This document shows, piece after piece, positions 17,587 to 25,236 of a stretch of DNA of 32,000 bases (the stretch's first letter is position 1; the number at the start of each line of letters is the position of its first letter). The DNA lies in the NCBI GenBank assembly GCA_027460535.1, contig JAPZAR010000025.1:1-32000 (forward strand). Direction: 5' to 3'. Under the pieces are notes generated by a model. It saw only the letters and a list, made by a program, of their open reading frames with translations. It ran no database searches and was not told the origin of the DNA. The position numbers were made by a program, and so were the translations under genes. The stretch comes from Candidatus Methanoperedens sp. GTDB taxonomy: Archaea > Halobacteriota > Methanosarcinia > Methanosarcinales > Methanoperedenaceae.

Positions 17587-18790
17587 TTATAGCCTCCGTA
17601 TAAGCACCTTCGATGGCGTTTACTATATTTTTTATGTCATAATTTTCTACATACTCTAAAGCATTTCTTTCAATTTTTGCTTTTTCATCAGGATTCTTTA
17701 AGTAATACAAAATACGCTCAAGAAGCTCTGATTTATCATTTACTAATACCCCATTTTCTTTATTTTTAATTATTTTTCTAACGGCAGGAATGGAGTAAGC
17801 TATGCATAGAGTACCTGAAGCCATCGCCTCTAAAAGCACTATCCCAAACCCCTCCATCTTTGAGGGGAGAACAAATATATCTGCCCTTTTGTAGAGGCCT
17901 ATCAACCCATCGTCAGACACGTTTCCAGCAAAAATAGCTTTATCTTTTAGATTCTGATTTCCTACAATTTTTTCCAACTCTTTTTTGTATCCATAATCTT
18001 TTCCAACGATAACAAACTTGCCTTTTGGAAACTCTTTCAAAATTTCCGGCATTATTTCTATTATATCTTGTATTCCTTTATATTTCTCTATTCTTCCTAC
18101 AAAAAGCAAAATTTTGTTCTGATCATTAATTCCAAACTTATCTATTGCATTTTTATTTATGTTTATATTTTTATAACCATCCAATTCTATTCCATTTGGA
18201 ACAATTTTAATTTTATTTATATCTCCCCCCCTTTCATTATACTGCTGTATATGGTCTTCTGTTAACGCAATCAGCCGTTTAGAATTTTTTAGTAGATATC
18301 GCCCAAAGGTTTTGTCGTATACTTTTTTAAATAACTTAGCGTCAGATGATAAATTAGTAGGGATTATTAAGTCATGTGCTGTCAATATGAATGGTTTTTT
18401 AAACTTATTTGCATAATAGCATCCTGCCAGAGATGTAGATATATGGTATCCATGAGCATGGATTACATCAAATTCTTGTGTATTTTTTTTTAATTCTTTA
18501 AACATCTCAGGAATCCAATTAAAGCTCCAAAACCTAAATTGCATGTTAAATCTTCTTATAAAAGCCCCGTTGATAATGTCATTTTTGGGGAGATGCGTTT
18601 TAATCTTTGATTTGAAAATAAACGGCGGAGTAAACACTAAGGATACAACATCCTCTTTTGAAAGACTAGTAGTCGTATAAATTACCACATCATGCCCTTT
18701 ATCATATAAGTATTTAGATAATAGGTATGTATGTTTTTCAGCGCCTCCGAGTGATGGATAAAATCTGTTTTGTATGAGAAGTATCTTCAT
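17564..18790 (-). CDS. GT4-family glycosyltransferase
   Basis: 408 aa. The N-terminus MKILLIQNRFYPSLGGAEKHTYLLSKYL is typical of GT4 N-terminal domains. The catalytic region reads EGFGIVLLEAMASGTLCIAYSIPAVRKIIKNKENGVLV. Confidence 0.85.
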   Translation of the reverse strand: MKILLIQNRFYPSLGGAEKHTYLLSKYLYDKGHDVVIYTTTSLSKEDVVSLVFTPPFIFKSKIKTHLPKNDIINGAFIRRFNMQFRFWSFNWIPEMFKELKKNTQEFDVIHAHGYHISTSLAGCYYANKFKKPFILTAHDLIIPTNLSSDAKLFKKVYDKTFGRYLLKNSKRLIALTEDHIQQYNERGGDINKIKIVPNGIELDGYKNININKNAIDKFGINDQNKILLFVGRIEKYKGIQDIIEIMPEILKEFPKGKFVIVGKDYGYKKELEKIVGNQNLKDKAIFAGNVSDDGLIGLYKRADIFVLPSKMEGFGIVLLEAMASGTLCIAYSIPAVRKIIKNKENGVLVNDKSELLERILYYLKNPDEKAKIERNALEYVENYDIKNIVNAIEGAYTEAINENMLSR

Positions 18791-18806
18791 ATTTCTTCCT
18801 CATCCA

Positions 18807-19946
18807 TCATATTTGCAGTAAAAGCATTTCCATCCTTCCTGCAATCCTCTCCCAATCATAATTTTCTTCTACAAAACTTCTGCCTTCCAATCCCATCTTC
18901 CTTCTCAGTTTGTCATCTTCAAATAGCATAGTTATCTTATCTTTATACTCCTCCTTATTTGATGCATATAATATTTTATCACGTGCCACTTTTTCGATGC
19001 TGCTCAACCTCGTAGAAATAATTGGTTTTTCGCATGCCATATATTCAAATAATTTCAAAGGAACGGCACTCTCCGATATTGCGCTCTTCCTGAAAGGAAT
19101 CAAGCATATATCCATCGCTGAAATGTATTTCGGCACCTGAGAATAAGGAACCATACCAATAAATTTGACCCTATCCTTCAGATCATATCTCTTAGCCAAT
19201 TCTATATTTTCTTTAAATCTTCCTTCCTTTCCCACGATGACCAAATTTATTTCATTTTCTAATTCATTCAATACTGAAAAAACAGGTTCAAAATCGATCC
19301 ATTCTCTCAAAACCCCAACATAGCCAAGGATGAAGCCATTAAGACCCAGCTCTTCTTTCATCTTTTGACCATAATTTCTAAACAGATTCGTATCCACGCC
19401 ATTTGAGATAATTTCAGATTTATTTTCGGGGATACTATAGGTTTTTCCAAGATTATCCGTGGTAAGAGTTATCTTGCTAGAGATGCTGATATTCTTTTTA
19501 AGCATAATATCTCCAAATATTCCTCCAACCGATCTCAACAGAGAGGGAATTTGAGGCGACTCTTTGATCATGGCGCTAAGATCATCCGCGATATCATATA
19601 CTGTATCAAGTTTCTTAGCAGCATAATAACCCGACACCAGAGTGCTATAATTCAAATGGACCTCGAAGTCCTTCTCCTTCATAAGATTGGTGACTTTATT
19701 TCTTGAAAAAACTTCCTGGATTATAGGACTTATTTTCTTATCAGTCAAATGACGATAATCAACTCTATTGAATATCTCACTAAAGTATTCTGAATATGAT
19801 TCTAAGTCATCCTGCCCGCCCTTCCACCAATCATTTAAACTCAAGACTGTAACATTATGCTTTTTCGATAGATATTTGACAAAATGGTGGGGTCTATTAT
19901 GTTGGGATTTTTTCAAATCCACTATAGATGTTATTAAGATGTTCAT
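18807..19946 (-). CDS. GT4-family glycosyltransferase
   Basis: 379 aa. LGYVGVLREWIDF...AVPLKLFEYMACEKPIISTRLSSIEKV has GT-B/GT4-like architecture. It is the last gene of the AT-rich block, 21 nt downstream of wecB. Confidence 0.75.
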   Translation of the reverse strand: MNILITSIVDLKKSQHNRPHHFVKYLSKKHNVTVLSLNDWWKGGQDDLESYSEYFSEIFNRVDYRHLTDKKISPIIQEVFSRNKVTNLMKEKDFEVHLNYSTLVSGYYAAKKLDTVYDIADDLSAMIKESPQIPSLLRSVGGIFGDIMLKKNISISSKITLTTDNLGKTYSIPENKSEIISNGVDTNLFRNYGQKMKEELGLNGFILGYVGVLREWIDFEPVFSVLNELENEINLVIVGKEGRFKENIELAKRYDLKDRVKFIGMVPYSQVPKYISAMDICLIPFRKSAISESAVPLKLFEYMACEKPIISTRLSSIEKVARDKILYASNKEEYKDKITMLFEDDKLRRKMGLEGRSFVEENYDWERIAGRMEMLLLQI

Positions 19947-19967
19947 TAGAAACTCGCTAGGTACATT

Positions 19968-21053
19968 TTATCCACTTCTCCACTTTGCTTCCATCACCCT
20001 CCCAATCCTCTCGGCCGCCCTCCCATCACCGAATGGATTCCTCCATCCGTTCCCCTTTGCAAGCATGCTTCTGGCACACTCCACTACCCTCTCAGGCTCA
20101 ACCCCTGCAAGCAAATTCGATCCAACCTCAACAGTTTCAGGCCTTTCCGTGCTATCCCTGAGGGTAACGCATGGCACGCCAAGGATGCATGTCTCCTCTT
20201 GAACGCCTCCTGAGTCCGTCAGGACAAGACGCGCGCTGCTCTCAAGCTTCAAAAAGTCAAGGAAATCCACGGGATCGATCAATCTGATATATCCATTTGT
20301 CCTGATTCTAAACTCATCCATTTTTTTTCTTGAGCGGGGATGGATGGGATAGATAACAGGAATATCAAATTCATGGCTAAGTTTCTCGATGCCCTTCAAC
20401 ATCGCGGTTAGCCTTGCAGGGTCGTCCACGTTCTCCTGCCTGTGCGCCGTTACGAGGAAAAATTCTTTTGGTGCAATGTTCAATTCTTCCAGGGTGCTCT
20501 TCTCATTTGCGAGCCTTAAATTCTGGTTGACTGCATCAACGATCGTGTTCCCGGTAACGAATATCTTCTCTTCAGGGATGCCTTCATGCAGCAATATTTC
20601 CCTGGATTTTTCTGTGGGTGCGAAGAGGTAATCTGACGCGTGGTCTGCCAGGGCTCTGTTTAATTCCTCAGGCATACGTCTGTCATAGCTCCGCAAACCT
20701 GCCTCTACGTGAGCTACCTTGATGTGCAGCTTGGACGCTGCAAGCGCCCCCGCAAGCACGGTATTGGTGTCACCCTGCACCAGCACAGCATCAGGCTTCT
20801 CTTTCATGAGCACTCTCTCGATCCCTGCCATCATCTTGCCCGTCTGTTCGCCATGCGCTCCAGAACCGACCTCAAGGTTATACTTCGCCTCCGGGAGCTC
20901 AAGCTGCTCGAAGAAAACCCTGTCCATGCTGTAGGAATAATGCTGGCCTGTATGAAGGATAAAATGATCAAGGCCCCTTCGCTCGCATTCCCTTATAACC
21001 GGAGACATTTTTATGATTTCAGGTCTTGTTCCAAGGATTATTGCAAGGCTCAC
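19968..21053 (-). CDS. wecB: UDP-N-acetylglucosamine 2-epimerase (non-hydrolysing)
   Basis: 361 aa with a GTG start. Hallmark motifs: ILGTRPEIIKMSP, HVEAGLRSYD, DSGGVQEETCILGVPCVTLRDSTERPETV. GTGA start/stop overlap with the upstream GT2 gene. Confidence 0.9.
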   Translation of the reverse strand: MSLAIILGTRPEIIKMSPVIRECERRGLDHFILHTGQHYSYSMDRVFFEQLELPEAKYNLEVGSGAHGEQTGKMMAGIERVLMKEKPDAVLVQGDTNTVLAGALAASKLHIKVAHVEAGLRSYDRRMPEELNRALADHASDYLFAPTEKSREILLHEGIPEEKIFVTGNTIVDAVNQNLRLANEKSTLEELNIAPKEFFLVTAHRQENVDDPARLTAMLKGIEKLSHEFDIPVIYPIHPRSRKKMDEFRIRTNGYIRLIDPVDFLDFLKLESSARLVLTDSGGVQEETCILGVPCVTLRDSTERPETVEVGSNLLAGVEPERVVECARSMLAKGNGWRNPFGDGRAAERIGRVMEAKWRSG

Positions 21054-21943
21054 GCTTTCACTTCCCGTTTCTCCCGGATCAATTTCGACATCGAGTGCAG
21101 TATGATCCCTGTAAATACCATAAGAGACCCTATCAGTGTCAGCAATATCATCAACAGCGTTGGTCCGAACCGAAGGCTGCTTCCCAGATAAAAGTCCCGT
21201 ATATAGCTCAATCCCATGGCCAATCCAACTGCCATGAACGCTATGCCTGGGGCCGTAAAATAATACATTGGTCTATTTAATTCCATATCCTGCAGCACTC
21301 TGACCAGGACCTTCAATCCATGGCCCAGGGGATTCTCAGTGGAGCAATCAACATCGTACCTCACCCCGATCTCCACTTCTTTTAACTTCAGCCCTGCATT
21401 GGCTGCATCCATCAGCATCTCGCTCTCTATGGCCATTCCATTCTGCCTGAAGTTGAACACATGCGCCTTACTTGCTGCAAATGCACGAAAGCCGCTCTGG
21501 GTATCGGTAACACGAAGCCCGCTGTTCAGGTTGGTAGCCCTATCAAGCACGCTCTGACCTATACGGCGGTAAAAAGGTGTGTTCTTTCCATTGCCGTTCA
21601 TGTACCTGCTGCCGTTCACCATGTCCGCCTCCCCGGCGAGGATCGGAGCCACGAGCTTCGGGATCTCTTCTGGGTCGTGCTGCCCGTCGGAATCAAGGAT
21701 AACTATGACCTTTGTACCATTCTGTGCTGCTAACTCAAAACCTGTCTTAAGCGCAGCACCCTTTCCTTTGTTTGCAGGATGGCGGATAATTTTAGCCCCC
21801 GCCATCTCAGCTATCTCTGCAGTATGATCTTTGCTTCCATCGTCGACAACTATAACACAGTCGGCATGCTGTCTGCAATGGAGTACCAGGCTGCCTATGG
21901 ATACTTCCTCATTGAATGCGGGAAGGATTGCAGTTAAAGGTTC
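21050..21943 (-). CDS. GT2-family glycosyltransferase, dolichyl-phosphate hexose synthase-like with two C-terminal TM helices; start codon unresolved
   Basis: The track ORF (21050..21805) starts at an internal Met. The same frame stays open up to 21943 and there encodes the conserved GT2 N-terminus TAILPAFNEEVSIGSLVLHCRQHADCVIVVDDGSKDHTAEIAE. Downstream motifs are ILDSDGQHDPEEIP (DxD) and the C-terminal TM pair YYFTAPGIAFMAVGLAMGL / LLMILLTLIGSLMVFTGIIL. The coordinates give the maximal open frame. There is no ATG, GTG or TTG in frame between 21943 and 21805. Confidence 0.75.
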   Translation of the reverse strand, partial: EPLTAILPAFNEEVSIGSLVLHCRQHADCVIVVDDGSKDHTAEIAEMAGAKIIRHPANKGKGAALKTGFELAAQNGTKVIVILDSDGQHDPEEIPKLVAPILAGEADMVNGSRYMNGNGKNTPFYRRIGQSVLDRATNLNSGLRVTDTQSGFRAFAASKAHVFNFRQNGMAIESEMLMDAANAGLKLKEVEIGVRYDVDCSTENPLGHGLKVLVRVLQDMELNRPMYYFTAPGIAFMAVGLAMGLSYIRDFYLGSSLRFGPTLLMILLTLIGSLMVFTGIILHSMSKLIREKREVKA

Positions 21944-21947
21944 TCAA

Positions 21948-21996
21948 TCTATATAAATCTTTTCTTAATTATTAAATAATCTAAATTATAATCATT
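21948..21996. promoter_or_regulatory. Short divergent AT-rich promoter region with TATA-like boxes
   Basis: A 49-nt spacer lies between the GT2 gene (minus) and the small ORF (plus). It contains TATATAAA (21950-21957) and TAAATTATAAT (21982-21992). Assignment as archaeal TATA/BRE elements is by position only. Confidence 0.3.
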
Positions 21997-22176
21997 ATGA
22001 TTATACCTCTTCATCCATGTCCCCAAGGCAGCATGCACAATTTTACAGCACGATACCATTCAGTGGAGGGATACAAGGAATGTTTTCCTGGCCCATATCA
22101 AGGACAGTGGCATTATCAGCTTGATAGTTGCATGTATGGCAAGTGCTCATTGGCAGATATATCATGTTATACATAA
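21997..22176 (+). CDS. Unlisted small Cys/His/Tyr-rich protein (59 aa), hypothetical
   Basis: ATG at 21997 to TAA at 22174-22176. Translation: MIIPLHPCPQGSMHNFTARYHSVEGYKECFPGPYQGQWHYQLDSCMYGKCSLADISCYT. It falls just below the track's 60-aa cutoff. A TATA-like box lies ~40 nt upstream and a strong hairpin plus T-tract lies 64 nt downstream on the same strand. Confidence 0.3.
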   Translation: MIIPLHPCPQGSMHNFTARYHSVEGYKECFPGPYQGQWHYQLDSCMYGKCSLADISCYT

Positions 22177-22237
22177 AAAATCCAGTTCATAACTATCTAT
22201 AGCATGGTTCTTGAATTTCTGTAATTTAAGAATGATT

Positions 22238-22294
22238 AGCCGCAGATGAACGCAATGCGCCGCTATAAATCTGCGTTCATCTGCGGTTTTGTTT
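22238..22294 (+). terminator. Perfect 15-bp hairpin followed by a T-tract (intrinsic-terminator-like or structured small RNA 3' end)
   Basis: CCGCAGATGAACGCA (22240-22254) pairs perfectly with TGCGTTCATCTGCGG (22272-22286). The loop is 17 nt. The stem can extend by G-U and A-U pairs, and TTTTGTTT follows at 22287-22294. The T-tract is present only in the plus orientation. Confidence 0.5.
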
Positions 22295-22415
22295 CTCATG
22301 GATATCACGGTTATTTTCGAATTTCAATATAAACTCAGCTAACGTATAACCGTAAGCCGCCAGCGCTATGCCTGATTATGTTCTGCATTATTATTTCCTA
22401 ATTATTTATACCTGT

Positions 22416-23291
22416 TTAAAAAAAAGAATTCGCCATTTTCTGTCCGGTACGCATTCGATTTCTCCTTGCAAACTTCAGGTAAACAAGGGCAAAGAAGGCG
22501 TACCATAGCGGAAAGATAATGTATCCAGCAAAACTCTCCCCGCCCTCCACTGCGGAAGGTCCGAAATAGTAGCCCGCAAACAATAGCAGCACAATACGCA
22601 AAAGGTTCTGGATTGAGGTGCCAATGATGCCAAAAAGCAACATGGCTGCCCATTGCTTTCTTGGAAGCGGAATATCCAGGGACATCAGGGCAAAAACCGC
22701 AAGAAATACAGAGATCGAGGCAGCACCCGAACATTCGGCATTGATGATCACCACGAGGCTTTCACTCGAAAGCGTGGTCATTGAAATTGCTGTACCACTG
22801 GTTGTGATCGCGATAAAGTTCTTCGCAATAGTATAGACCACCCATGTTGTAGCCTGAGCATACTGCACTCCTGCAAAAGTATTCACAAGCTTAGGAAACG
22901 CTATTCCAAAGCCGTATATGCACAGAAGAAGCGCGGGCAGGGAAGCAGCCTCGCCGAAAAATACGAACGCAAGTCCTGTCCATGCAAGGAGAAGGCGGAA
23001 TATTTCAAATTCCGGAGCCACTGCAGGCAGGAAGAAAGAAGCTATCATGATCCCCGCCCCGCCTGCTGCAAACAAAGGTGCAGGTTTGGCATCATGGATC
23101 TCGCGTCGCTTTGCGAATAAAAAGATCAGGCAGAGAAATAGCACTGCCCACGGATACACGCCGTTGAGTGTAAAGTATTCAGGCGACAGGTTTGCCAGTG
23201 ATTTCAACGGATTAAACAGGACTGCCGCGGCTGAGGCAAATATGAGAAAGTACCCGGTCCTTTGCTTCAGCGTAATGTCCATCAGGTTCAT
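22416..23291 (-). CDS. Archaeosortase (exosortase/archaeosortase EpsH-like family); PEF-CTERM-type (ArtC-like) inferred from its neighbour
   Basis: 291 aa and polytopic (~7-8 TM). The family signature around the catalytic Cys is VVIINAECSGAASISVFLAV (Cys187, nt 22731-22733). A conserved Arg sits in IQNLLRIVLLLFAG (Arg232). A PEF-type sorting-signal protein is encoded two genes upstream. Confidence 0.8.
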   Translation of the reverse strand: MNLMDITLKQRTGYFLIFASAAAVLFNPLKSLANLSPEYFTLNGVYPWAVLFLCLIFLFAKRREIHDAKPAPLFAAGGAGIMIASFFLPAVAPEFEIFRLLLAWTGLAFVFFGEAASLPALLLCIYGFGIAFPKLVNTFAGVQYAQATTWVVYTIAKNFIAITTSGTAISMTTLSSESLVVIINAECSGAASISVFLAVFALMSLDIPLPRKQWAAMLLFGIIGTSIQNLLRIVLLLFAGYYFGPSAVEGGESFAGYIIFPLWYAFFALVYLKFARRNRMRTGQKMANSFF

Positions 23292-23321
23292 AGTGGTGCA
23301 GGAGTCAAAAAATCTTTCGAA

Positions 23322-23744
23322 TCAATCGAACCTGTACTCAATGGTGTCTACAGGCTCTATATGGTCGTCGCGATAGACTGCAAAAGAGATGTTATGTACA
23401 GGCTCTTCAATGATTGTATCGTTTACGTACTGTCTTTCAGTGGGGAGCGTCATGGAGAATGAGAATGGCAGATCTGGCATGACTTCAACGGTCTCATTGG
23501 TAATAAAAATGGAATTCATAAAAACACGAACCGTGTAGTTATGGCTGATGGCATCACCATTATTTATTCGGACTGAGATATCTGATATCTTTCCGAGTTG
23601 TGCGCTATAACCATCCACTCTGTTAAACTCTACGGGTTTCGTGTATTTTGTTTCCTGCTGGTATACTCCTTGAACAATGAAGATCAGTATACTTACCAGA
23701 ATCAATAGTAAAAATATATAAACATATTTTAATTTAAGATTCAT
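23322..23744 (-). CDS. Signal-anchored protein with a beta-rich ectodomain (CARDB/DUF1616-C-terminal-like), unknown function
   Basis: 140 aa. The N-terminal TM is MNLKLKYVYIFLLLILVSILIFIV. It is followed by ISVRINNGDAISHNYTVRVFMNSIFITNETVEV, an alternating beta pattern. There is a 4-nt overlap with the upstream PEF-signal gene, and it ends 30 nt before the archaeosortase start. Confidence 0.55.
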   Translation of the reverse strand: MNLKLKYVYIFLLLILVSILIFIVQGVYQQETKYTKPVEFNRVDGYSAQLGKISDISVRINNGDAISHNYTVRVFMNSIFITNETVEVMPDLPFSFSMTLPTERQYVNDTIIEEPVHNISFAVYRDDHIEPVDTIEYRFD

Positions 23745-24235
23745 TTAAGTATACTTTTCCGCAATCTCGTATAAAATATTCCAATTAACAATAGGGGTAC
23801 AGCCAAACCAAATTTGCTGAACTCAGGGGCTGCAATTACCTCAAATCCTTTGGAGGAGCTACTGTATCTACTGCCTTGTGCAAGCGTACCACTACAAAAG
23901 CCATTAGAAAATTCTTTAGCGTTAATTTTCCATTTATTACTTATTTGACCTGGAGTAAAATAACTGATATATTGGTTTCCAATATTGGCAATACATTGAG
24001 TAGATACGGTACTGCTACCAACAACCCAATTAAAGCTCATGGAATTACCAATAAAATTCGCAGAAGATGGATTTGGAGTTACCGTATCTGTCACAAGAGT
24101 GTTTATAGCGAAATTATCGCTACCTGGCGGCGTAGCTGTACCTGTCAGAGTATGGGTATATTTATAAGTACCTGGTGCACTTGCTGCATTGGCAGACAAA
24201 AAAATAATAATTACAAGCAATACTAATTTTCTCAT
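23741..24235 (-). CDS. Small secreted protein with a PEF-type C-terminal archaeosortase sorting signal
   Basis: 164 aa. The signal peptide is MRKLVLLVIIIFLSANAASA/PG. The ~115-aa domain is Thr/Ser/Asn-rich and has two Cys. The C-terminus is tripartite: APEF (aa 136-139), the hydrophobic helix SKFGLAVPLLLIGIFY, and the basic tail TRLRKSILK (signal encoded at ~23744-23827). Confidence 0.75.
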   Translation of the reverse strand: MRKLVLLVIIIFLSANAASAPGTYKYTHTLTGTATPPGSDNFAINTLVTDTVTPNPSSANFIGNSMSFNWVVGSSTVSTQCIANIGNQYISYFTPGQISNKWKINAKEFSNGFCSGTLAQGSRYSSSSKGFEVIAAPEFSKFGLAVPLLLIGIFYTRLRKSILK

Positions 24236-24958
24236 TTATCTCACCCCTCCAATGATTAAAGCAATCTGCGTGAGCACCATTCCTACGAATATTATGAACA
24301 GCACGCTGGATAGCCTGCCGAACCTGGTGCGCAGGTTTCCGACGGCACTCTGGCGCTTCCCGGCAAGCGGCTCTGAGAGTTCCATATATATAAGCAGGAT
24401 TATCAATGCAATGCTGATTATCAGGCCTACGTTCAGCGCATTGTGCGTGACGAAGGATCCATCGTAGTATGCCATGGAATTAATAGAACTCGTCTTTGCG
24501 GATGACGAACTAACCACTGACGTGGCAAACGTGGCAAATGAAACAAAGCTGCTCAATAACGCTGGATGATATGCAGGAACTGAAAGGGATGTTATGGAAT
24601 TTCCGCTATCGGATTGTGTTTTCGCCACGAATGTGACCTGCTCCCCGGTTTTCAATGGGTTGCTGTAAACGTATTGGAACTGCCTGCCTGCATTTGGTGC
24701 AAGGCTTGCAGTGCCGCTCATCACGATCTCACCGTTCGCATAAAGGCCGTAATGAGTGTCCGCCTCTGTATGTGACGGATTGTTCAAGAAAAAGGTTACA
24801 AGGATTGGCTCCCCTTGTCTGGGCGCCTCAGGCATTGCCCGTATCGCGACCGCATCCAGGCGTGACTGCAAACTTGCAGCAAAGCTGCCAAGGATTAGAA
24901 TCGCAAACCATAACACAACTATCTTGAATAAAAGTCCACGCTGTCCCCCGTTACTCAT
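24236..24958 (-). CDS. Membrane protein with an N-terminal anchor, Ig/CARDB-like ectodomain, Ser-rich linker and C-terminal TM pair; unknown function
   Basis: 240 aa. The first TM is LLFKIVVLWFAILILGSFAA. The ectodomain reads PRQGEPILVTFFLNNPSHTEADTHYGLYANGEIV...EQVTFVAKTQSD. The linker SFATFATSVVSSSSAKTSS is followed by LNVGLIISIALIILLIYM and SSVLFIIFVGMVLTQIALIIGG. Its stop abuts the start of the PEF-signal gene. Confidence 0.55.
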   Translation of the reverse strand: MSNGGQRGLLFKIVVLWFAILILGSFAASLQSRLDAVAIRAMPEAPRQGEPILVTFFLNNPSHTEADTHYGLYANGEIVMSGTASLAPNAGRQFQYVYSNPLKTGEQVTFVAKTQSDSGNSITSLSVPAYHPALLSSFVSFATFATSVVSSSSAKTSSINSMAYYDGSFVTHNALNVGLIISIALIILLIYMELSEPLAGKRQSAVGNLRTRFGRLSSVLFIIFVGMVLTQIALIIGGVR

Positions 24959-25236
24959 TTCCTATTCCTCCTAATTTGATGAAATTTATTGACATTACAC
25001 ATGACGACCACCTGCGTTTTTTATGACTCTCCACTCTAGGATCGACAGTTATTATAACTGTGAATACGATTCTTATTTTAGAGTTGACAATTAACCATTG
25101 CATTTAAAGGTATTTAAAATTATCGGTAAATAAATATAATTATCATAATCATTAACACTGCATGCTAATTATCACTACATGTAGATGATGCGGAGAGGCA
25201 GTATGATTATATAACTTAAAGTACTGAAACATTACC
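24959..25236. promoter_or_regulatory. Divergent intergenic control region between the archaeosortase cassette and the CPBP operon
   Basis: A 278-nt AT-rich spacer between divergently transcribed units. It contains TATA-like runs (TTTAAAAT, AAATAAATATAAT), three copies of AATTATC (25118, 25138, 25167) and two TTGACA(A)TTA motifs. Function is inferred from position only. Confidence 0.3.

Noticed and set aside
19768-21827. Plus-strand ORFs 19768..20202, 20389..20631, 20709..21191, 21026..21280, 21339..21827 overlapping wecB and the GT2 gene
   Set aside because: They are antisense shadows of strongly supported genes and show no family motifs.
22402-22734. 110-aa minus-strand ORF and several plus-strand ORFs (22618.., 22918.., 23262..) overlapping the archaeosortase gene
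   Set aside because: They are alternative-frame or antisense ORFs within a gene that has clear family motifs. There is no independent support.
23001-23015. A PEF tripeptide (AVAPEFEIF) inside the archaeosortase itself
   Set aside because: It lies in the middle of a polytopic protein, not at a C-terminus followed by a TM helix and basic tail. It is a coincidental match.
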